Shown piece by piece: positions 47,293 through 58,322 of a stretch of DNA of 64,000 nucleotides. Each line of letters starts with the position of its first letter. Within the stretch, counting starts at the first letter, position 1. The translations under genes and the position numbers were made by a program. The stretch is taken from positions 930,001-994,000 of the forward strand of contig NW_026250406.1 in the NCBI RefSeq assembly GCF_024521635.1, in the 5' to 3' direction. The notes beneath the pieces were generated by a model. That model was not told the origin of the DNA. It worked only from the letters and a program-made list of their open reading frames with translations, and made no database searches. The stretch comes from Tricharina praecox (Eukaryota).

Positions 47293-50200
47293 TTTGTGTT
47301 GTGTTGTAAACTTGTGGTGGGTATGGTATGGTATAGTTTGTGGGTGGGTGGGGCGACGCGACGGAATGCAACTATACGCGTCGCGGGCCGGAGATATATG
47401 CGCTTTGAGATATATATGGGATTACGGGAAATGTGGGAGTATGGACTGTTAGAGAATGGGTAGGGACGGGGACGGGGAATGGCGCCAGTTTGTGCATGTG
47501 GCACTACTGCTCATGGAACAGTGCATAGACGGTCACTCGTGAAGCTCGCAGTACGGTTTTGGGGCGGTCGGTGAGTCTTCCCCTGGCAGCAATTTATGGA
47601 CTTTACTCGGTGGATTGAAGGGAGATGGTACAAAGTGGACGATTTGTTGACGCCACTGCTGGCTGTGAACGCGCATTTGAATCTTGCGGGTGTTTGATTT
47701 TCGTCGTAGCTCTAGTGTTGATTAACACCCGCCTACTTCAGACAAATGGTACACGGAGCTGGCCTGAAATGACACTTGTGTGGCCATTGTAGTCTGTAAA
47801 GGAGTAAACTGACATCCTCCCCCTCCCCCTCCCCCCCTCCGATCTCCGCCGCAACGCGATCACAACCGGCCCTTACCGCCACCCTAGGTCCACCGAGGTG
47901 CAACTTCTGGTACTTCAAATCACACATGATGGACCTGCTATGATGTGCAATTTTGCCCTGGGTTGCAGATTCAGCCTTGGCGGAACGGTGGTGCCAGTAG
48001 TCTAGTATTGTACGGTGATGGTGATGGTGGCGTCCTTTCTGCACCGAGTCGTCGTCGCTGTTGTCGATGATCTGATGATCCGATGTAGGCGGGCTGAGTG
48101 TTATCACGGGCAGAAGTGGGGTTATCAAATGGGTATGGAAGTGGAGCGGGAATGGAGGGTGCGAGAGAGAAAAAAAACCGAATGTGAAGGCTTGGAGCTT
48201 TGTAAAGTTATCCACAGTGTATCACTCGGGATTTTGTGGTCTTGGCGGAGGGGTCTGGTGATTCCAAGAGTTGATTGTGGTCGCCATACCTATTGTAGTC
48301 TGGTAAGACCGTATGCGACAATAGGTAAGCTGATTCTCTCTCACCGATCCGATTGTTTCACTTGGTGGTTTCCAAGCTTGGTAAGCTCGATCTCCATTCG
48401 GTTTCTGTTCTCTTTTTATATTCCTCCACTCCCATCTAGATCTAGACCGACTTCCAAGTGCCCTAACTCCAGTCTTGGAATGTTTTCACCGCGCTTCGCG
48501 GGGCGTGGAGAGGGTTAATGAAGGTCAGGAGTTGTAGACATCGGATATCAAGCGTTTACGGTAGTCTGCATCGAGAGTGTGCAAAGTCCAGCGAAGCACG
48601 GGGATCGACTCAAATCCGCTCGTTGCGGACCCACTGAGACCCTACTATGGTCCGAGACCCTAGAATTGGGCCTAAACAACGCGAAGAGGGGATTGGAAGT
48701 GGGTTCTTAGTGCGAATCGGTGCCTCCCCTCTAGGTGCTCTACATATTCAACGCCGCTGGGTCATGGCTGCTCACTCACTCACTGCGCGGTACCCACTCA
48801 TCACCTAACCAAGGTAAGTGTGTAAACCGCCGGGGTTCCGTTGGGCTGTGTAGAGTACCGTAGATTTTTGCAAATTGCTTTGTCCAGAACCATGCCACAT
48901 AACCACCCACATATTTCCCCTCACCCGCGTTTCGCGTCGAGGCAAGGCAAGGTGCCTCTGATCACGTAGATCACGCGTCGTCGTCGACGGCGGCGGCGCT
49001 GGACTCACCTTTCTTTTCCGGCTCCCTGTTGAGGCTGGCTGGGCAGTGGGCTGGCGGCTACGTCGTGCTCCTTGCGTCAAACGAAACGAGCACAATAATA
49101 ATGCAATAACTGCGCGTTTGGTTGCACAGCGGATCGTTGAGTCAAGGACTCAAGGGATCTCGCTCTGACTCAGGCTAATTCGGGAGGGAGTGCTCTCACT
49201 CTATGTACGGATAGTGACAGTTGCCAGCTGGCCTTCCGCCGACGCGTATCGACGATACCTAGCAATATAGGCACATAGTAGAGAATGCTTCATTTCATAG
49301 GGATCACTCGAGCTCGTCGGTAGCGCGATGTGGGGGGCCAGAGGATGGATGGGTTGTTGACACTTCGGAATCTGCACTCCCACTCTATATCTGACACCGG
49401 ATCGGACAGAAGCGGCAAGACGCGATTGAGTCTTGAGTCTTGAGGGCGTGGTTGCAAGGATCGCGAGGGGGAGAGGGAGGTGAGTTCGATGGGGAGGATT
49501 CCGCTCTGGAATGAACTCTGCAAGCACGCATATCCATAGCACGTGTAAGCTGGAAGGGAAGTGTGCGTGATTGAGCCAGGGTGATGTGCAGCAGCGCAGT
49601 TGTCACCAGCTACCTGCCCGCCATGGCAAGTGGGAATGATGTGCATGTCGATATCGTGCGTGTATCGGTCTGGGGACGGTCGGGAATAATAAATATATCC
49701 CTGGGGATGTCTCTCCCTCCACATCGCGTGTGCTGTGTTGTTGTTTTGTTGTGTGCGCTGTGTTGTGTTGTTGTTGTTGTCGTCGATTGTTGATGTTTTG
49801 TTTGTTGTCATCATCGTCACCGCCACCACCAGTGCCATCATAAGCCACCAGCCGCCCGCGCGCATCGCCTCGAACAGATCGATCTCCGAACACACCCAAC
49901 GACTGGTCGCTGGCCCTTTAATCCAATCCGAGACTGTCGCATCTCACACTACTCATCTCTCAGCCCTCACATTCATTCATTTTCGTTTTTTCCCCCTCCC
50001 TTCCTTTCTTCCTTCGCCCTCCCTTCGTCCTCCCTTCCCTCCCCTCACTCTTGATCATCTCTATTCATCCCCTCCTGTGGTGCCCTTGTGTGCGAGCGTG
50101 AATGATTTGACGCTTTCCTCTTCCCACTCTATGCGCGACTCAGGAACTAGGTGGACCTTAAGCCCAATCTGACGTTCTTTCTCCTAGCAACCGAAGCCCT

Positions 50201-50951
50201 ACCCCCATCTAGTTACGCGTGGCGTTGTCAGCGCCGTCCGTCGTTGCTGTCGTCACGATCTGGGATTGATCTCTCTTGCCCGTAGTGCGTCTTACTTGGA
50301 GATTCGACTCCGTTGGGCTTGGGCCAGCAAAGACGCACTTGCAATTAGGGAATTAGCAACCCACTACCTTCCCTCCACCACCACCGCTACCTCCCACTAC
50401 CTTCCCGCTACACCACCATACCCACCAAACCCTCGCGTCAGATACCTAGGCCTCCTCCTCCTCTCCTCCTCCTCCTTTCCCACTCCCTCCGACCTCCGAC
50501 TCTCCGACTCCCGCCGCCGTTCCCCGCCAATACTCAAACATCTCGACGTTTCCGCCTGGGCTCAGCGGGACGATTCGTCGCTTCAACAGCATCCTCTCTC
50601 ACGCTTCGTTTTTCATCTACTACTTGTCTCGTTATTGTAATACACACCAGTTGCCTTGTCCGACTACTCCATTGGAATCCCTTCTCTTTCTCTCTCGGGA
50701 GTAACGAGGGACGAGAGCAGCAGTACAGAGTTTATCTCGGGGCCGCGCGCTATCGGATCTCTCACGAAACACCACACCAACATACCGTCATTTAATCACC
50801 CTTTCTTTTTTCTTCTTGAATTTCTCAGTCGCCCGCGGTGTTCTTTACGACTTCAGTTTTGTTTTCGGCTGGGGTCTAATCGCTCGCTCCACATCGCCAA
50901 TAGGTTCTTTTAACATTCATTTTTAACGACACAAATCCTCCCGGCACCTCC

Positions 50952-53900
50952 ATGCCGCCGCCTGCAGACATGGACGATCCTTTTACGACCCCAAGGATGG
51001 TGCGCGAATCCACACCACTAGACCTCTCCCCGCCGATTCTCACCCGCCCCACCACTTCCCCAGAACAGCTCAAGCGCACGTTACAGGCACATCTTGCCGA
51101 GACGCGGAAACGGAAGGATGGCGCCGAACGACTAGGCGAGGATCTGGTAAAGCAGGAGGAGGAGATCGAAGCGCGATTAAGGGAGCTGGAGGCGAGCGGC
51201 GGCAAGATCGACCCAGAACTTAAGAGGAAACTGGCCGAGCTTGAGAAAGAGTACAATGAGGTCGGACGTGAGACGTCGAGAGCCTTGTTGACGAACAAGA
51301 TCATGAGCACGGGTAGTGCGTCGCCGCTGAATAGATCTAATGTGGGTACTTCGATCGATGGATACGGAATGGGCGTCGGTGATGCGGCATGTGGGTTTGG
51401 AAAGGAGTGGATGGCTGATGAGAAATAGCATAATTCGAACCCCTCGACCCTACAGTCTCAGGGGGCTGCGTCGCCATCCAAACCATCGCGACGACAACGG
51501 AATCAGGCTCCTTCGCGAACACATGATCTCGAGTTCGCGGCCGAACTGGGCCAAGGTCTTATCGCCGAGGTGCGCAAACTGCAGGCTCTTCTGTCCGAAC
51601 GGGAGGAGGCGCTCAAGATTGTGCAACTGGAGAAATCGAGGCTGGAGGAACATGCAGAGTCGATCGAAGCCAGGCTGAGGTCGCTAGACGAGAGCGAGCA
51701 ACGGTTCAAGGAGGAAAACTGGAACCTTGAGCTCATGATCCAGGATCTCCGATCGCAACAAGCCGAACAGAAGGAGGTCGAGACCCGCATGCAAGTCAAC
51801 ATCGCACAGCTCGAACATGAAAAGACAATGGTCATCAAAGAGCTGGACGATATGAAGCACCAGTTTGCGCGGATCAGCGACGATCTCGAGACAAGGACCA
51901 AGCACACCGAGACGGAAATCGGGTCGCTGCGCAGGGCTTTGGCTACACACGAAACCGAGAAAACCGGACTGCGGAGCAAGGTCGAGGAGCTCAAGGCGGA
52001 ACTGGAGGAGAGTTACAAGACCACCATGCGCCTACGGAGTTTGCAGGAACGACAGGAGGCCGACGACAGGGACGACCCATTCGGCATCGACGCTCCGGAT
52101 GACGATAATGAAGATGGTTCTCCTCCCCCGTCGCCGACAAAGCACACTCCACGACACGGACAACTGGAAGCCGAAACCCTAAAATCCAGTCTCCACCATG
52201 CCCATAGAATGATCCAGAACCTGCGATCGAATATGCACCGCGAGAAGACCGAAAAGAATGAACTCAAGCGGATGCTACAGGAGACCAGGGACGAACTAGA
52301 GTCCGCACGCAGTGGCTTTTCCAGTCCACCACAAAAGGAAAAGAGGCGTCGGCCGGATGGCACGTTCAAGAAGCTGCCACGGAGCAGTATCAACCTGCTG
52401 GGAATCGCTAGGAAGAGCCGCGATGAAATCGTCACCGAGTCGCCAATCGCAAGGCACGATGACGACTGGGAAGAGGCAGATCTGGACGACGAGGATGCTC
52501 GCTTCGGGAAAACCCCTGGCGCGTACATCTCGAGTGTTCCTCCCACTGATGTTGAGGGCGACTCTTCGTTTGAGACGGCCAATGAAAAGGATAGCAGCGA
52601 CGTTTTCGACACTGCCACAGAAAACGAAGCCTACCTCAATAGGGGCGAGAGCCCTGTCTACGACGATCCCACATCCGGCGATGAGCTGACCGAGACCGAG
52701 GGAACACCTTCCCGATCTTTGAAACCAAAGGCTTCCCACCTCTCGTCGCGAAGCTTGCGACCATTGCGTCTGACCAAGCTGCGCCATCAACGAAGCAGCA
52801 TTGTGTCTACTGCATCTACCGAAGATGAGGACGACCAATATGACGATTCTTTCTACCGCTACCAGCAGGAGCAGGAGGATATGTATTCCCCCGACGCCGA
52901 GTACGACGAAGAAGTCCTGAAGACACCATCGCACGTCAATAATCCTAGGATGAAGCTGCGTCTCAACAGGGCCCGAGGCAAAACAACCCAAAGGATCACT
53001 TCTTCTGACAGCAGCATGTTCAATTCCAACGTCTTTGGCAACATCGGTTCCAGCCCTGCTTCTGGACTCGGAAGCCCTGCGTCTTTCAACGATTCTCCTC
53101 GCGGCTTCAATTTCCGCACTTCCGCCGTCCCGCACGGACTTCACAAGAGTCTATTTGCCGAGCTTGGTAACAACAGCCCTGGCATGATGTCTGCGGACGG
53201 AGACGAGTATGGAGAGAGGAATACGCCCGGCAGGTTGCTGTCGCCCTCCCTGATGCCTCGTGAGATGGTTGAAATGGTGGATTCCGGCGTCATGACGGAA
53301 GAACCTTACCCAGAGATTCCGATTCTACTTGACGATTCCGCAAGTGACGCTGCAAGCGATCGTCCCTCAACCGCCGTCACCGTTGTCAATGACTCTGGTA
53401 TGCTGGGTGTGGGATCCTTCGACCGCAAGCCAACTCTGGAAACTTTCAGAGAGTTGCCGCCACTCCCTGTCATGTACGATGTAGGAGTTCAGAGTGAGGA
53501 GGAAGTCAAGCCATCTATCGCCGAGACTGGAGTGCAGTCCGATGCGCCGTCAACTACTGAATACGGCACACAGTCCGATGAGATTGTTCTGCCGGAGACT
53601 TTGGAGATCGGTACACAATCCGACACGGCATCAACTACAGAGTTCGGTACCCAATCCGAGCCGCCGTCGACTGCAGAGTCCGGTAATCAGTCTGAGCCAC
53701 CGTCGACTTCGGAATTTGGCATGCAATCAGACGAAGTCCCCGTGCCGGAAACTTCGGAATTCGGTACACAGTCGGACGAGATTATCCTACCGGAAACCTT
53801 GGAGATTGGCGTGCAGTCTGACGAGATTCTCGTACCGGCGACCATTGAGTTCGGTACACAATCCGACGCGGAGCCCGTCCTGATGACATCAGAGTCCGGA

Positions 53901-56649
53901 ACCCAGTTCGATCCCGAGCTAGAGAAGTCCGAAGAGGAGGAACGGGAAACCGTATTCGTACCCATCGTCGCGCCGATCCCTCTCCCGAGCAAGGATGTGT
54001 CCGATAGGGGAACGCAGTTCGATCCGGAACCCGAGGAGGAAGCTAAGGTTCTCCCTATGCTGGAATTATCGCCGGTTTTCATACTCGTGGAGACGCTGCC
54101 TGTGGAGGAACCCCTGCCCGAACCAGTCATCATCATGGTACCTCGGGAAGAGGAGAAGAAGGTTGATCAGATCTTGGCCTTGGTCAAGGGGCCGTCTATC
54201 GATACTACACCGGTCGAGGAGGTTGCTCCAGAGTTTGTCCTGGTAAAGGGAGAGTCTGTGGATATTGCGCCCGTGGAGGAGGTTGCCCAGGAATTTGCCC
54301 TGGTCAAGGGAGACTTCGTGGAGACCGTTCCTGTGGACGAGGTTCCACCGACCTTTGTCCTGGTGAAAGGAGATTCCGTGGATGTTGCGCCCGTGGAGGA
54401 GGCCACTCAAACCTTTGTTATGGTACAAGGCGATTCTATCGAGATTGCGCCTGTGGAGGAGCCCATGCAGAAATTTGCTCTGGTACAGGGAGGCTCACTA
54501 GAGACGGTGCCTGTAGAGGAACCGCTGCCGGAGCCAGTTATCATCATGGTGCCTCGAAAAGAGGAGCCGAAGGAGATCCAAACCTTTACCTTGGTGAAGG
54601 GGGAATCTCTGGATACTGCGCCTATCGAGGAGCCTGTTGTGGAAAAACCGGCCCTTGTGCTCGATTTCTCCAAGATCATGGCGGTGTCAACCGAACCTAT
54701 CAGTCCTGTTCGCGAAACTGCACCACCAATAACAGCGATGCCTATTATCACAACTGTCGATACATCGTTTTCTTCGGACGAGGTTACGCCAAAGAAGGTA
54801 TCCGAGACTACCGACGGGGACTCGTCGCCGTCGCCGCCGCCTAGGTCAACTACGCCAACTTCTAACATCGGGCGTGGAGGCCTAGGGTTTTTCAGCTCGT
54901 TGTTCGGCCCGCGCAAACTGCCAGTTACACCCGAACGTGCCGAGCGCGCCGCATCACCTAGCGCAAAGAGCTTTTCTATGGAATCAGACGATGAGTATGG
55001 TATGGAAGAGGGCACGGTCCGACAGAAGAACACCCCCCGCCGGCCCGCGCTCAACATGTCTGTATCGACAGCTGATCAAGGCATCCAAACCGAACTTTCG
55101 CCGGATGCTTTCATCAATATCGTGAAAGAACCGCCGCAGGTGCAGACACCTAGGAAAATTCTTTTCGGTAGCACGTCAGAGCGAGCCTCGGTCAGGGAAG
55201 TGGCGCCCACTCCAAGTCTGCGATCGCTGGCATCCACGGAGAGCATCGCACTGCCTCTGCCTAACAGGCTGAACGGTGAAGTTGGTGGTGTTCGGATTGT
55301 TTCAGCGTCGTCGTCGGTGATTCGCCCAGACAGCTCATCGAGTATGCGCGAACAGCGAATGGGGTTCCCCCCGCTGCCAGAACACCATCAGGAACACATC
55401 GCTGCAGCCCAACAGAAGATGGGGTCGTCAGCCGACCACTCGATGGCCCCTCCACCAGTACCAACACAGAGGGCCAACGTGTCTTTCCGACCACGCACAC
55501 CTGGTCAATCGGACCAATCACGTCGACCAATAACACCGGCGTCAACGTCGCATGCAGGCACCACACCAAAGCAATCGGCGAAATATTCTGCTACAAGAAG
55601 CGAGATTTCCTCACCAGAGTCGCGTCGCTCATCGCTTTCATCGTTCGTAACCGAAATGGACGATCGCTTCAACATTCAGAACGATGGATATCCCGCCCGG
55701 GGTGCCGGCAGCGAGTCACCATCCACCGATCCCAGAGTCATTCAGGCTATCACTCAGACGATGATTGGCGAATACCTATGGAAGTACACGCGCAACACCG
55801 GACGAGGCACAATATCGCACACCCGCCACAAGAGATTCTTCTGGATCCATCCGTATACTAGGACGTTGTACTGGAGCGACCGGGATCCACAGTCAGCGGG
55901 TCGAGCAGAGCTGCGCGCGAAGAGTGTTGCCATTGAGGCTGTCAGGGTCGTGACGGACGATAACCCAATGCCCCCCGGACTGCATAGGAAGAGTCTGGTC
56001 ATCATCACCCCCGGTCGCACGCTCAAGTTCACAGCACCTACCAGCCAACGGCACGAGACGTGGTTCAGTGCGCTGTCGTACCTGTTGCTTCGTGACGGAC
56101 AAGATGGAGCTATCGACGACACTGCGGCTCTCAACGACGATGATATGCGGGACTACAACCCTCAAGGTGGATACAGCACCGAGAGCTCGCTGCGACCTAC
56201 CGTGCGTGGCGCTGCTTCATATTCGTCATTCCGGTCGCGCGTGACTCGGGAACCATCACCCACACGGAACGCATCTTCGCTGTCGAACCGACGACCTACC
56301 GAACGGGAGCGCATGCAGGGGAGTTTATCGCGATTGAGTAATATCTTCCGACCAGCGTCTGCTTTTGGCAGCCATAGCTCGAGGAACGACAATAGCGTGT
56401 ACGGTATCAGCGAGGATGATAATTCGACGGAAGATCTTCAGCAGATGGAGCGTCAGGAAGTTGAGTTGGAACGGATGGAGAATGTTAGGGCGTGCTGCGA
56501 TGGTTTGTTACTCCCATCACCGATTGTGATTCAATATTCTAACATGTGCATTAGGCAAACATGATGTCGGAACACTCCCCCGGAAAGGCGGAAAGGCTGG
56601 CGTCTTCCGACGAGGACAGGCCCACAACCACTCGCACTCGCACGGTTAA
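50952..56649 (+). CDS. apsA: Nuclear migration protein / dynein cortical anchor ApsA/Num1, about 1852 aa; exons 50952-51341, 51429-56502, 56555-56649
   Basis: N-terminal coiled coil with SRRQRNQ..RTHDLEFA, LEAETLKSSLHHAHRMIQNL, a C-terminal PH domain (IQAITQTMIGEYLWKYTR...RFFWIHPYTRTLYWS...FTAPTSQRHETWFSALSYL) and, after splicing, the terminal motif MENVRACCDG/KHDVGTL. Confidence 0.93.
53470..54640 (+). repeat. Coding tandem repeats within ApsA/Num1: about 12 (E/D)xG(T/V)Q(S/F)(D/E) units, then about 7 20-aa LVKGxSxDxxPVEE units
   Basis: Visible in the translation, and as a period of about 60 nt in the DNA (TGGT.AAGGG...GTGGAGGA) from about 54175 to 54540. Confidence 0.85.
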
Positions 56650-58322
56650 GCTTGCATCGTGTCATCGAGTGATTTTTTTTGTTTAATTTTTCCTTTTTTC
56701 CTTTTTGGGTTTTGGTAGTGGGGGGGTTTTACTGAACGGGTCATTTTCTCTATCCTTTCCGCAACACTTTTTTCTTTTCGTTCTGTGTGCGCATCTGTGT
56801 AGGCTATACACATTTGCATTTTCCTTTTGTATGAAACTGGGTTGGGTTGTCTGTCTGCAAGAGTGTGTGAGCGAAGGAGTCTTGGGAATGCTGACAATAC
56901 TTGCTACTACAGCGAGGAGCCTCAATGGAAAGGTAGGAAAGGAAAGAAAGGGTGCAGAGAGTCGATACGATACGCTTGGGGGGGGAAGATTGTGGGATTG
57001 GATTGGATTGGATTGGCTTGGATTGGGAAAGCGGAGCTTTATGGTGTTTTAATCTCATTCACCAATCACTTGATTGGGTTGATTCCGAAGCACGGCGTTT
57101 TGTTTTGTCAACTTTCTATAGTTTTTGTTTTTTTTGCACCCTGTACAACTTTTCTTCTCCAGAGACTGACTGACTGGACTTGCCATATTTCTTTTTCCTT
57201 TTCGGTATTTTTCCTTTGTCATTGTTTGAGTCGAGTCTGTACTCCTACTGTCTTGTGGATTTTGGAGGAGGAGGACGGGGGGATACATCGGAGGAGCCGG
57301 AAGAGAAAGGAGAGGACAGACTGGGAGAGCTGTGTGTATTTTACGCCATTATGACCAGAAATCAACTTTCCCATCTCGTGATACATCTTCTTGTCTTTCC
57401 CACAGCTATCTTTTGCTAAGTTATTATATATTCTGCTACATACTATGGACATACACGAATCCCATCAGACATATAGCTCTCCATTTGTTTCTATTCATCA
57501 TCGACCACCTGCAGCTCTTCCACGGTCGCATCCCCGCCCTCCCACCGAGACAGGAGGTTTGGTCGGGGAGTATAGCAAGCACGGAGAGAGCCGCCGGGTC
57601 GATGGAGAAGTCGTATTTGGCTTTTGGAATGGTCATCATCTGGGGGTATATTTCACATCCATACTTCTCCTCTCCCACTTCCACCACCAACCACCACCAA
57701 CCGTCCCCCCGATCCCGACCCGGACCCGACCCGGACCCGACCCGAGGACTAGATCCGATTGAAAACTATATATTTGCTTTCCCATCATCGACTGCTTCTT
57801 GCTCGCTCGCTGGGAGGAGGAGGTGCTGGTCTAGGAGTGCGGAGTTTTGTCGTCATTTCTGCGGAAAGGGATGAGGGGGGGGGGGGGGGCGAGGGACGAC
57901 GGCGGCGGCGGCGGAGATAGGAAGCGGAAGCGGAAGAGGAATCGACCTCTACGATTTCTGTTCGGTGTCATCCATGCCTCGAGCCCTCGTGGAAGAGGGG
58001 AAGCGGTGTGGGCTCTCTTTTGTCGTCATCAAGGTCTGTTCGTTTTAGTGGGAGTTGATCGAAAATGGAGGGGGAACGGGGGGCGAACCGTGGTGGATGT
58101 TGTGTGAAGAAGGAAAGAGGGAGGGAGAGGGGGCGCGGTAATATGGTACGCGTACGCCGGGTAACTACGTGTCTCTAATTCAGAAAATAGAGTGCGCCCC
58201 ACGCTAGTCTGACTAGCTTCAGCTGCTACCCATGCAGCTGTCGCAAAAAAAGTTCGAATTGAGTCCTTCGTCCACTCTCCTTTTCCCCATTCTCCACGCA
58301 ACCAGCAAGCAACACACGAACG

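Noticed and set aside
47733..48518. 160-aa and 167-aa ORFs between Pol eta and apsA
   Set aside because: No recognisable domain, overlapping on opposite strands and partly low-complexity. Treated as divergent promoter or intergenic DNA, though a small gene cannot be fully excluded.
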